From: Podarcis filfolensis
Taxonomy: Eukaryota
Strand: one strand, 5' to 3'
Assembly (NCBI GenBank): GCA_964270895.1
Contig: OZ185444.1
Length of the DNA: 64,000 bases
In this document: piece by piece, positions 1 through 21,834 of the stretch
Layout of the letters: every line of letters starts with the position of its first letter
How positions within the stretch are numbered: the stretch's first letter is position 1
Translations under genes and position numbers: made by a program
The notes under the pieces: model-generated
The model's input: the letters and a program-made list of their open reading frames with translations, nothing else
What the model was told of the DNA's origin: nothing
Databases searched by the model: none

Positions 1-775
1 TGTAAATGTGAACAATAATCCTTCCTGAGCCATGAGAATTTGGTAGGACACAACTTTAAATCACAATTTAAGTATAAGAGTGCAATGAACAACTTCACCA
101 ACTATAGCAGTGGAAATGCTAATGTGAATTTTATTTTTCGTTGATAACCTCCCCCCTCCCCCCAAAAAATATATTGACGGGTCATGGGTTTAGAATGGCT
201 TGTGAAATATAGTGGCTTGTGAAATATTTTTTCACCAATTTTCTTCAGTTACGTTGATTTGAGTACTGATTTTCTAGAAATACTTGGGATTCCATAAGAT
301 CCAATACAGTATTCTCCATTTTTCCTTGAGAAAATATTTGAATCCTCATCTCCAGCAAATATTCCAATGTGGGAAGTTTGTTTTATTCTTCCAAATAAAA
401 TAGCAGACTTTGCGCAATACTAGTTAATCTTCAAAATTAATGCTTAGTTGTAAACATAGACTTGCATCTTAAGCTCTTACTCTGTTAACAGGAGTTCTAT
501 TCATGGGGGGGAAAGTACAATTACTCTTGGAAGGACTCTTTCTGTGTGCTGAACTTCTGTGAATGGAAGTTCCTTCAAGTCACAGAGAAAAATATTAGAA
601 TTGAAGCCATACATCTAGTATGTCATCTAGATGTATGAAGCTTTATTGGTGGACTTCTAGGAGCAGAACATGTACTGCTTTAGTTTAGTGTTGAACTAGG
701 TGTGGGAGTTTGCAGACTAGTTTAGCCAGTTGAAACCCATTGCCATCAGTATGCTTTCCTTGCTTTGATCAGGTT

Positions 776-986
776 GAGTGGAACCTCTACCTGCGACCAT
801 AATCTGTTCCGGAGGTCGAAACGGGTCACTGGGAGAGGTGCTGTTGTGTGCGCATGTGTGAACGGCGATCGCCGTTCCTGCGCAGATGCGAACAGTGGCA
901 AACCCACCAGTTACGTCCAGGTTTGCCACGGACGTAATGGATGAAATGGATGCAAGCAGAGGCAGACGCAAGAAGAGGTTTGACTG
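776..986. mobile_element. Degenerate Tc1/mariner-type (pogo/Tigger-like) MITE
   Basis: Left end (g)AGTGGAACCTC, right end GAGGTTTGACTG followed by TA; CpG-rich interior; same termini as younger MITEs in the window. Confidence 0.6.
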
Positions 987-1914
987 TATTAGTACAGTAA
1001 AAGGATTTACCTGGCTCAGTATGAAAGTAATTGCTACATGTTTCAGTATCTTGACAATTTTTGTATAGTTGTATTTCCACTTGTGATGTGATATCTGAAG
1101 AATGATTAGAAAACAAACAAGAAGAAACAAGCTTAAGAAATGACTTGAACTTGAGTTTTGTAAAACAAGGCGAAGAACATGAAATTACATAAAGGACCAG
1201 TTGTGCAAGATATTGAAATATAACTATCATTTGGGCTTCAGAACCAATTAAATGCAACAGGACCAAACTGCATGTGAGGGCAGTTGCCTATTTTTATTCA
1301 CATGTCTTCCCTGTTTACATATAAAGTTGGCAGTGGTGGCTAATTTTCGCATTGAAAGAGGCAAGTGGTTGAGGAGAGCTGAATCCTTCTCCCCCGTCCA
1401 TGATTGGTCAGTGTTCTCCCAGCTGAACTTCAATATTGAAAGTGAGTTGGCCTAGAGAAAAGTTTTTTTTAAAAAAAGGTAGACACTTGAATAAACAAAT
1501 ATGGCCGTCCCTATCTAGTTTGTGCCTTAACACCAGTTCATTTCAGCACTTGGTCTCTACACAGAGAAAGGTCTCCCATACATTTGCCCCCTTTACACAT
1601 ATATGCACATTCATAGAAGTTGTGTTTGGCTGCATGGTATTGAAGCAGTTTCAAGTTGTATTTTTAATTCTAAAACATGGAAGATAGAAAAAAATACTGC
1701 AATCTAAATGGTATCGAATAACTCCTGACAATTGATAAGTTGGTGTTGGCGCCTATGTTGGAGACAAAGCGATGGATAGTTTATATAATAGTGGCCGTGC
1801 TTAGCATGTGGTTCCAAATATTGTTTTCAGATGGTGAACTCTTGAAAATTCAGCTTAAGAGAAATCAGCTTTCCTAAAGAAAGGCCTTTTGGTGGCAGTA
1901 AGGCATCTTTAGTA

Positions 1915-2002
1915 CAGTGGAAGACAGGAGTGCCTGGTGTGCTCTGGTCCATGGGGTCACGAAGAGTCGGACACGACTAAACGACTAAACAACAACAACA
2001 AC
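1915..2002 (+). mobile_element. BovB/RTE LINE 3' end, heavily 5'-truncated, (AAC)n tail
   Basis: GGGGTCACGAAGAGTCGGACACGACTAAACGACTAAACAACAAC is the typical BovB 3' terminus; second copy at 27605. Confidence 0.85.
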
Positions 2003-2253
2003 CTCTGGATACGAACGGGATCCGTTCCGGAGCCCCGTTCGCATCCAGAAGCAAACGTAACTAGTGATGGCACGTCTGCGCGCATGCACGTCGCTTTTCG
2101 CTGCTTCTGTGCATGCGTGTAACGTCATTTTGAGTGTCTGCACATGCTCAAGCGGCGACACCCGGAAGTAACGCGCTCCGTTACTTCCGGGTTGCTGCGG
2201 AGCGCAACTCGAACACGCTCAAAATGAAGCATATGCAACCCGAGATATGACTG
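1915..2253. mobile_element. Tc1/mariner-type MITE interrupted by a BovB fragment
   Basis: TA|CAGTGGAA...CCTCTGGATACG left end, CGAGATATGACTG|TA right end; TA on both sides. Confidence 0.75.
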
Positions 2254-4375
2254 TACTTTGATTAATGTGATAGAAATGGCAGGTGGTTGTTTAGGTAACA
2301 TGCATTGAACAAAGTTAGGTAGTAAAAATAATTGTGAAGAAGCGTGTTCATGCTGCCATTAATTGATAAAGAAATATTGCTGCCTAAATAAATGTATTTA
2401 CAGTTTACAGGTGAAAACGTTTATTGAAACCTCCAATAATCTCTGTGATACAGAATACTTAAAACAGTTCTAATTTATAAAGCTAGCGGAAGTTTATTAA
2501 GATAGCAGACTTCTAAATTATTGGTGAGTCTGCAGTCAGAACAGTGGAATTTTCTTCCTTGTCAGAAATCAGTAAACTGACAGAAGGCTGCATGTAGCTG
2601 TTCAAAGGAAGACACACCTAAAAGAAAGGAGGACCTTTCCATACATCATAATCAGAAGATTTTTGGCCTTTTAAAAGTTTTCTTTATTTATTGCTGGACC
2701 GATAGAAAAAGTTTTCAAATGACTGGTCAGAATTTTTTTAAAACATTAACTTTATAAGAAGAAACTAGATACATCTACAAAGATGCTACTTAATACTTTG
2801 GTTAATTACAAAATCAAATTAATTTCATTGTTAACCATAACATTATAATGAATTATAACTATAATATTGAGTAAAGACTCTATAAATGTGAATGATTAAT
2901 TAAATAGTTCTCTGGTTTTTATTCTTGCAGCAACTAAACTGTGCCAGTGTTGGCTAATGGAATATTAATATCAAGAAAAAAGGTGGTCAGCTTACCAAGT
3001 CTTAATTATATTTGTCAAATTTTATATCCTATCATTCCAACGTGGTTTTCAAGCCAGCCATGAGTTTACATGGCAGTTTACATTTCCCCCTTATTCATCC
3101 TCTTAATGCAGTTTCCCCCATTTCCTCTTTGACATTAATGTGGAGTTCATTGCCTCCACATTTTTGCCATTGTTTGCCATTCTTTGCAAAAATTCTAATT
3201 CAAAGTAAACCACCCAATCCATTGGGCAGTATGTAAGTTGCTCTTGAGCAGTCTATGTAAATGTATGACCAAGGTGCAGTGCACTGTAAAGATGCTGTTG
3301 AGCTGTGTGTTCTGTTTAAAGGTGTTATTGGTGTCAGCAGTGCAACAAGAATTTAGAGATCTTTCACAGGTCTCAGAATTGATCAAACTGGTTTCCTGAG
3401 TCAGAAAATTCAGGGTAAAGGAGAACGTCTTCTAAGATAGATTACTAGTAGTAAAACCTAACTTTGACTCCTCTGTGTTATCAGCTGTAAGAAATTTCCT
3501 GCAAGACTTTTCTTTAATACTATTTTGGCTTTATTTCCCCTTAACATATTGGCACCATGGGCGTCGATGAAACCTTTCTGGGGGAAAATGCATTTGTGGA
3601 AGCATGCCATGCAGACTTTAGCATGAAGTACTAGGCAAGACCCATGCAAACATACTAATGATTCTTAGGTGATGGTGAATTGTCTTATGAACATTTGTGG
3701 ACATGGGCTTGATTGGGGCAGTAGACAGGGTGAGTACCTTATAAGGTTCACAGTGCATGTGCAGGCTTTCTTATGTTGGTGTTTATTACAATTCTTGAAG
3801 TAGCGCAGATGTCAAACTCTTTAAATTTTCAAAGCCTTGCCTCTTTATTCATCAAAGAACAGACTCCCCAGAACACAAATTCCATAGCTCAAATAAATGT
3901 GCAAATTTGCAGGACTTACTCAGCTTTCATAATTGAATATATTTGACCGGTTTGTGAATCAGAATGGTGTGTAAGAAGTGTCTGCCCTCAAAAGTGGTAG
4001 TTACTGAGAACACACTTTTGTTCTCACCACTACCTTTATCAGGCTTTTAAAATTAAGAATGGATAACTCACACAGGGTGGAGGCATTTTCTTTTGTCTTA
4101 AATGGTTGTTGACTACTGATAGCCTATCCCAAGGAAATGAGAAAAACTTAGTATCCAGCAATAGGAGTTACAGAAAGTCTAATGAAGAGAGCATAACTTG
4201 TAGGGGCAATGTGTTGAAGGTAGGAGGACAACACAGGACATAATATTTAAAGAAACTGGAATGTTGGGAGCAGAAAGACTTGATTGAAGGGTGTAGATTA
4301 GGTGGGAGGGAGACTAAAATAGTTGAAGGATAGTAGAAATAAACAAGGTAGTTGGGTAGTATTGAGTTCTATGGC

Positions 4376-4711
4376 AATAATAATATTAATAATAATTTAT
4401 ACCCCGCCCATCTGGCTGCATTTCCCCAGCCACTCTTGGCAGCTTCCAACAAAATATTCAAAGGACATTAAAACATCAGTCATTAAAAACTTCCCTAAAC
4501 AGGGCTGCCTTCAGATGTTTTCTAACAGTCAGATAGTTGTTGATTTCCTTGACATCTGATAGGAGGGCATTCCACAGGGCGGGCACCTGGTTCCCTGTAA
4601 CTTTCCTTCTTGCAGTGAAGGAACTGCCAGAAGGCCCTTGGCGTTGGACCTCAGAGTCTGGGCTGAACGATGTGGGTGGAGATGCTCCTTCAAGTATACT
4701 GGGCCGAGGCT
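4376..4711 (-). mobile_element. L2-clade LINE 3' end with (TAA)n tail
   Basis: Minus-strand peptide LGPVYLKEHLHPHRSAQTLRS..GLLAVPSL resembles the L2 ORF2 C-terminus; 3' UTR identical in part to the copy at 61983. Confidence 0.75.
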
Positions 4712-4994
4712 AGTATGCAGGGCAAGCATGATTATTTCTGTGTGAATTTAAGAGCTGCTGAACTCTATAAATCAATCTACATACTTCATCATATACATGC
4801 AGCTTATGTTATATGCAAATATGCATGGAGTGATTTTCCTTTATAAGGAGGGCTTCTCCAGCTGAGGAGTTTAAATGGGTTGCCCTATATGGAACTGCTT
4901 TGTGTCATCCTGTTAACTCCTGGTCTTAAATTCACCTGATAATCCAGGGGGGCTACTAGGCAGTGACCTCTTCCTTTCACTGTAATTGGTTTGT

Positions 4995-5285
4995 CTTTGT
5001 TACTGAAGCAACACAATAGCCCGGTACATCCACTGTCACACCTACAGATGTAAAAGAGAAGTAGAGCTGTGTGTAATAATCAGCATATTGCTGACAATTT
5101 ACTCCAAAACTGAATAACCTCACTCACTGGTTTCATGTAGACGTTAAACAGCATTGGGAATAAAATTGAACCCCGAGGAATGCCACATTGAAGATTCCAC
5201 AGTTTTGAAGTCAATATAGGACCGAGTGATCGAACAGTTATTGGATGCTCTGAAATTGGTGGAGACAACACCTAGAGTAGATGTT
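4995..5285 (-). mobile_element. Degenerate LINE (L2-like) reverse transcriptase fragment
   Basis: Minus strand CGIPRGSILFPMLFNVYM and, after a frameshift, QYAD..TQLYFS (RT motifs GxPQGS and YADD). Confidence 0.8.
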
Positions 5286-5330
5286 GCAACATGGGTATAA
5301 AGTTTTTGAATTAAAAATTCTTGATTTTTA

Positions 5331-5482
5331 ATCATAGATAGTAAAATCATAGAGTTGGAAGGGACCCTGATGATCATCTAGTCCAACCCCCTGCAATACA
5401 AGACTGTGCAGCTGTCCCTTATGGGGGATCAAACCTGCAACCTTGGCATTACCAGCACCACATTCTAACCAACTGAGTTATC
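5331..5482 (-). mobile_element. tRNA-Ile-headed SINE with CR1-type tail (POMSINE-like)
   Basis: Head AACTCAGTTGGTTAGAATGTGGTGCTGGTAATGCCAAGGTTGCAGGTTTGATCCCC; tail GGGGGTTGGACTAGATGA..GGTCCCTTCCAACTCTATGATT. Confidence 0.8.
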
Positions 5483-8400
5483 AGATGCTTGCCCTCTTCA
5501 GGTGACATATTTTGGTGGAACAATGCACACTTAGGGTCATATTTAATGCATAGCTCTGCTTTAAGGGTTGTACCCAGAGACTGCATGAGTGGATATCAGG
5601 TTGTGCAACTGATCTTTCTCTTCACCTTCTCTCGCTGCTGGGGGGTGGGATTGGGAAACAATCTCCAGGAACTTGGGGAGGCCCTAGTGGAAGAGTGCAG
5701 GCCCAGAGTCAGTAGCATATTTATCTGTGGTGTAAAGATCTAATCTTCCTCTTCCCTTCCTTCCCCTGAAGCCCCTTGGCCCCCCAAAACTCTGTCCAGA
5801 GGGTTTGGATCAGGGAGCCCTGAACAATGGGATGTATATTGTACAGGGCTTTAGGGGGAGAAGGGAATTACTCAAAATAGCGCAAAAGGATTTTACACCA
5901 GCAGAACTCCCACAGGGTTATAGTGAGAATAAATTTTGGCTGGCTACATAGTCAGCTAAATTTTGTTGACCCATATAGTTCAACTTCTACGTCTGACTGT
6001 GAACATCTATATTAATGATGCTTCTGTTATTGGAAGGTAATTAATTAATTAATGCTAATTTTTGAATGACTATATTTGCTTTGACGCTTTTGAAAACCTC
6101 ATCCAGGAAATGTGCAAGAAACATCACTGATAGTGTTCATAAAAACATGCCAGTTGACTTCTGTATTGCGCTATTTGTCTCAAAAATGGACAATAATTGA
6201 TATCCCAGAGACTTAAAATGATATATGTGTCCCTCAAAAAATTAAATATGGGTGTCATGCGGTATGATCAGTGGTTTATGTAACTATTTTATAGGATTGT
6301 TTTTGTTGGAAATTAAAATGAATTTCCATGAACACCTTAAAACTTAACTAATATGCTCTGTGTGGTATTGTTATGCAATTGCTTTATGGTTGCTTTCTCT
6401 CTAAAGTTGACACAAAGCAAAATGTTATCTGAGTAGAGGTGGCTAAAAATAGTGCACTATGTGATAGTCTACATGCAGTAAACTTTGATGTAGCCCAGTA
6501 AATAAACTTATCCATAAGCTAGTTCTGAAACAAAAGTTTTTTGAATGTATGTGCTGTTTACTGAACACAGCAGTGGTTTCTGGGCCTTCTTGTTCAAGGG
6601 TTAGTATAGATAGTTGGCAGACACACACTTACTACTGGACCAATATAAATAATCAAATGAAGAAGAGGGAGCATGTTTTCTGGAAAAGCTCATTAGCTCA
6701 TGGTTGAAGGGGGGCGTTCCTAGTGCTTGGTAGTAATGTGAAATCTGATTGTTCTGCGTAAAAGAACAAAATACTTCAGTCACAACAGGATAGCATCAGA
6801 ATTCCTGAATTGGACAGAGCATCATCTAATGTCAATAAAGGCCATTCACATCAAGGGAATCCAACACAAAGGCTTTTTTGCACAGCAGGGAATCAATATC
6901 ACAAGCTGGAAGTGGCAATTAAATGATGTAGCTTGCTGCATCTAGGAGCTAGAACTTATTTGTTTCAGCAGATAATACTAAGCCTGCTCACTTTGTCTAG
7001 TAAAAAAGACCCATATTAGCAAACGATCCACTTTTTTCAAAAACCAAGGTCTGTGCTGCTTTCAGTTTTACTAGGATGAATGCTCAAATTGTTCTGCTAA
7101 GGTCGCCATAAATAATGTGATGTCTTTCACGACTTCGGTGGAACTTGCACAACAGGAAGGCCTAATTATTGCTAATCTGTCACTTTGGTCTAGTTTAGCT
7201 TTTCTTAGAAAGGAAGTTGGGTTATAAGTTATTTCCAAAAATGGTTTCATGTATAAAACACATGTTTGACAATGACTTAATGATTTGTTAACTGTCAGAT
7301 CTTTTTTAACTGTTGTAAGCTGCTCCAAAATATTCCTGTTTCTGGGATCACACAAGCAAATTTTAACTATCAGTTAAATTTCACTTTTGTGAGAACCAGT
7401 CTGGAACTGTATTATCTTTCTAACCTCATGAATAACTTTTACCCTGTACAGACTCTTCTACGTGAAGCCCAAAGCTAAATTCAGTGTGCTGAGCAAGATT
7501 AGCTTGGACTACATTTTCCCTGACAGCTTCACCAGTCTCTCCCCACCCCCACCCCACCCCAGTGTTCTATGTAACCTAAGCACATTCCTATTGCTTTGTA
7601 CTTTTGTAGTGAAGAGATCACAAAGCAAGGAGAGAAAGTATGTTGCCCAGTAGATAATGGATGTGGATGAAAAGGCTACTTAGTGATGAGAGCACTTTTG
7701 TTCTCAAGACTGAAGTTTCACTTGATTCAAGAATGTATAGACACAGAATTACGCAACTGTGGCATTCATGTTTTTAGGCGCACATGCAAAATATTTTCTT
7801 TGACCTATAGGTCAAAGAACTTTTAGTTCTTGTCAGAACACTTGGCGAAGAATCTGAGTAAGTGGTGTAATGAAAACAGAATGTTGATGAGTCCTCTTCT
7901 TCTATCTAGTTCATATACTTATGTATTCAAATGAGGCACATGTGCTGTAACCCACATTTTCGAAGCACTAAATTGCTTTGGACAAGGATTTTTAAAGGAC
8001 CATCTTCCAGATATAACTTCCTGTTTGCAGTGGTTATCGCTGGAAGCCCTGCTCAGAGTTCCATCACTGAGAGGCGTGTAGCTGGTGGGTGCACATCACA
8101 GGAAGGCATGGAGGCTATTTCAAAAGCTGCTTTGCAGCATTAATCCAGGAAACTCTGGTATTGTGTTTAAATGAGAGGCATGGAAAGACTTGCAAAACCA
8201 TTGTGGTGCATAATGACATCATATCATTGATAGGTTGGTGCCCACCTATCAACTTTGGCACACAAAGCCAATCCTGATAAGAATCTGGTCCCCAGAGGCA
8301 AAAAAGTTTTCCCCTACCCTGCTTTAACTCCATCCAACTTTCCATTCTGTGCTCCTGCTGTCAATCAGTTTCCCACACACTCTTCTGTCACATGCTCCTT

Positions 8401-10283
8401 GGGTGCTTTCAGTTGCATTTGAAGCTAGGGCAGTGTATGTTGTGCAATTCAGTTGGTGGAACTGGTGAACTTATGATACTGTTGACCTAGTCTGAAGCAT
8501 TAGATATGGATATTTCTCATATGCACACACATCAGTTTTGTTTGCATAACTCTTGTTATATACTTGTATATATACTTGGTTTTGCAAATCTAATAAGGTA
8601 GAATGGAACTTCAACTTTGCATTTGGCTATTTTCAGCTCAGTAGGTATATGGGTCCTGATTTAGTAGGTAGTAATGAAGTTTCCCCCCCCCCTAACCCCC
8701 TAATCCCACCCTCAGCTGTTCTGTTGTTGTTGTAGCTCCTGCTGCTGCTAGACTTCCTATGCTTGGCTGACTTGAGTGTAGCCTTTTGGTAATGAAAAGC
8801 CAAGATGTCTGCTGCAGTGTTTGAAGCTAGGCATTAGACACGTTCCACAGTAGGGAATGGTCTGTGTGTGAGCAATTTCTGAAGTCCTGTCATGATGTAT
8901 GTGACTGAGACTTGAACTTAAAATTGCCTCCTGCCTCCCAAGTGAACTGTCACCGCTTGCGCCGCAGCATGGGTCAGCTGACTGGCGCTGAGGGTGCGGG
9001 AGTAGAAATGACTCCCCGCATGACTCTAGAGTAAAGTCACTGCTGCCTCCTCCATGGGCTGCATCTACCCTTCCTGGCTTGCTGTTGCTGGGCTTCCTCC
9101 TCTCCTCTGTCTGCTGCAGTGAGAAAGAGTGAGCAAGCAATCGAGGGCGGGCAGGACTTTGGGGAAACTTCTCCCTCAGTATCTACTGAAAAAGGACCTG
9201 CATGCTTTCTCTCTCTGCTGGCTTCACAGTTTCTCCACATTGTGATTTTTGCATAGCACAAATACACATCATTGATTCGCAATATATTGCCAGGTCAAAA
9301 ATTATGAAACCAATATCATGATATGGACTTCAAATTGGTTTTGGACAATATATTGACAATATATAGCCCCTTCTTTTCTTGCCTCCCCAACTCCTGTAGG
9401 ATCCTTCCCATTAGCTTTCAAATTTAGGCCACTACACCTCCCCTCCCCCACCCTACCCCTATTATTGTGGTGGCCTATCCCCCCCGCCCTTTTTTTGGAC
9501 TTTTCTGCACCCTAAACCTGGCCAGCTGCTTTAGTGGAGGAAGCCATGTGAAGCATGCCGAATTCTTTGCCATTTCACTCTAACATTCTGAAGAATGGCT
9601 AGCTCCTATATGTTAATTGCCTGTACATTAACATCACCTTTAGAGGCCTGCCACTGTGTCCCTGACTTCGGTGTTTTGTCTGGTGGCAACTGGGTGTACG
9701 ACTTTTTTGGGGGGGGTCAGGGTATCCCATCTTTAGAATTCCCCCCTCAGAAAGATCTGTCTGGCACCATTCCTCTTAACATTTTCTTAGCACTGGGTTA
9801 AAATGATTTTCTTTACAGATGCTATGCCTCTGCTGTTTTTATGGTGCTGCTTTTATTGATACTTGTTTTTTCCTGGGAAAAATTTCCCAGGTAAAATCAG
9901 TATTTGTAACATTTTATTTTAATAGTAAGACATGATCCCAGACATGTAAGGTTACACAAAAAGGGTATATCAACTGACACTGACTTTATAGTTGTATCAG
10001 GACACTGTGCTAGATATATTACCTGCAGTGGATAAGTGACTACAATATTTGCTAAACTTCTTCCGACATACTTTTCAGACCGCCTATCACATAGAAAAAT
10101 TGTTACTATTTTCAAACAAGCTATCTGTACTTTTTGTTTGTTTGAAGTTTTAGTGCAATAGTATGAACACTCTGTACTAATAGAAGATAAAATTGATAAG
10201 CCAGACTTGTGCCATATGCAGCTCAGTGTAACAGATTCTTTTTTTTCTTGTAGGTATAAAGGCGGTGACTCAACACTTGCACC

Positions 10284-20023
<9,740 letters not shown>

Positions 20024-20974
20024 TATATGTGTGTACTGTAGCACTGAGCCAGGTAAGTGTAAGCAAAGTCTTGCCACGCTGAAAGCCGCAACAAGTGTTG
20101 CTGTATTTTTAAATGATTAATTGATTTCTTCGCATTCACCATGCTGAGATGCTTTTGATCATTTCAATCTGGTTTTAAATTATAACACTATATCTGCATC
20201 CATGTGCACTTGAATATGCATGAAGGATTGCCAGCTCTTTATAGGATGGGCCAAAAATTCAAAGTTAATGGCTTGGGATTCAGACATAGCCTTGTGCAAG
20301 TAAAAGGTACTTCTGCCAATGTTGTGGGGGATCTGACTTTTTTTGCCAGTTGCTTCTTGCTGCAACCTCCTGTGACACTTCTCTCAGACCTCAGGAGCAG
20401 CTTTTCAGGGGCTGCAGTAGGAAAGAGGTAGAAAAATCCTGTTCTGGGAGCAGAATTTCACTTGGGGGTAGTTGGAATTGAACCCTCTCTTGAAATGGGA
20501 AACAAATTTTAATGCAACTGAAACATTTAATGTATGAAACATCTTTTTTCAATAGTTATTATCTTTCATTGCTTAAATACCATCTGAGTATTAATCTCTG
20601 TTTCTCTTTATGTTCCAGGTCTGAAGAACTGTTGCTGACTACAACAGTGCCAGCATTCCAACTTTATTAAACCTACCAACATCTTAAAATGGACTTTCCT
20701 GTGGTGGTACCCTTTGTGAAATGGATGACAGCTACTACATCAGTTTGCACATTCTAATCACTTTCCAGTGTCACGAGAGATTTTTACTTATAAATAATCT
20801 AAATGTATGCAACTGGTAAAACCAGAGCCTACATCCAGTATTACTGATAAGAGACATTGTTCATCCACCAATGTTGTACATGTATGAAAACTGTACTGTA
20901 TACTGCAACAAACCCCATACTTCCTATTGGAGAGTACAATAATGTAAATCCGAAAAGCACCACTATTTTAGCGT

Positions 20975-20980
20975 AATAAA
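20975..20980 (+). terminator. Proximal polyadenylation signal candidate, RAP1B
   Basis: AATAAA within the 3' UTR. Confidence 0.5.
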
Positions 20981-21272
20981 AGAAAGTCCAAAGAGCTCCT
21001 ATATAGACTACTCCAGATAACTTTGCTTCATCGGTATTTGTAGCTTATTGTAACTTTTTTAAAAGAAAAATACAGGATCACCATTGTATTGTACAAAAGC
21101 GCTTTGATTAACTCAACAGCTATATAGTTTTTTAATTTTAGGATAAAAAACCTGTGGAGACAGTGATCTAGTCTTTAAAATGAGTCCTTTCAGTATAATG
21201 TCTGTCTAAAGACATTGCCTTTAATATCTGTTGGGAAGGAAATGTCCAGATTTTTCAACCTTTTATTGTATG

Positions 21273-21493
21273 NNNNNNNNNNNNNNNNNNNNNNNNNNNN
21301 NNNNNNNNNNNNNNNNNNNNNNNNNNNNNNNNNNNNNNNNNNNNNNNNNNNNNNNNNNNNNNNNNNNNNNNNNNNNNNNNNNNNNNNNNNNNNNNNNNNN
21401 NNNNNNNNNNNNNNNNNNNNNNNNNNNNNNNNNNNNNNNNNNNNNNNNNNNNNNNNNNNNNNNNNNNNNNNNNNNNNNNNNNNNNNNNNNNNN
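21273..21493. other. Assembly gap (221 N)
   Basis: Run of N inside the RAP1B 3' UTR. Confidence 1.
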
Positions 21494-21828
21494 TGTTAGT
21501 GATTGTTTTACATGTGTAACGTTTTGGTTGAGATGTTAAATGGTGGACGAGTACTGTGGATGTGAATGTGGGAAGTAATTTTAATCATGTGTAATTGGTC
21601 CCAGGGCCTAAGTTGCAGTAATTACCTTTTTGCAGATTTATTTAACAATGCCTTGTTGCTTTGTATGCATTAACGTTTGGGTGTAAAGATTGCGTGTAAA
21701 ATCCAACAGGGAGCCACAGTATTTAAATTGACCAACCTAATGTTACAACTGCTTTGAGGTGGCCAAATGTAAACTAAAAGCCTTAATTAAAAGTGGTGCA
21801 ATTTTGTATGACTTAGCATCAGTAGTTC

Positions 21829-21834
21829 AATAAA
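21829..21834 (+). terminator. Distal polyadenylation signal, RAP1B
   Basis: AATAAA near the end of the conserved UTR, followed by a GT/T-rich downstream tract. Confidence 0.8.

Noticed and set aside
717-1266. Three overlapping ORFs (137, 146 and 60 aa) over a CpG-rich patch
   Set aside because: The patch has MITE-type termini (776-986); the peptides resemble no family I recognise and there is no exon logic.
1-10253. RAP1B exon 1 or an intronic H/ACA snoRNA (human RAP1B hosts a SNORA70 copy, as recalled)
   Set aside because: No CpG-island first exon and no SNORA70-like sequence recognised; a covariance-model search (Infernal/Rfam) would be needed to exclude it.
21215-21539. ORFs of 94 and 102 aa in the ORF track
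   Set aside because: Artefacts of translating through the N gap.
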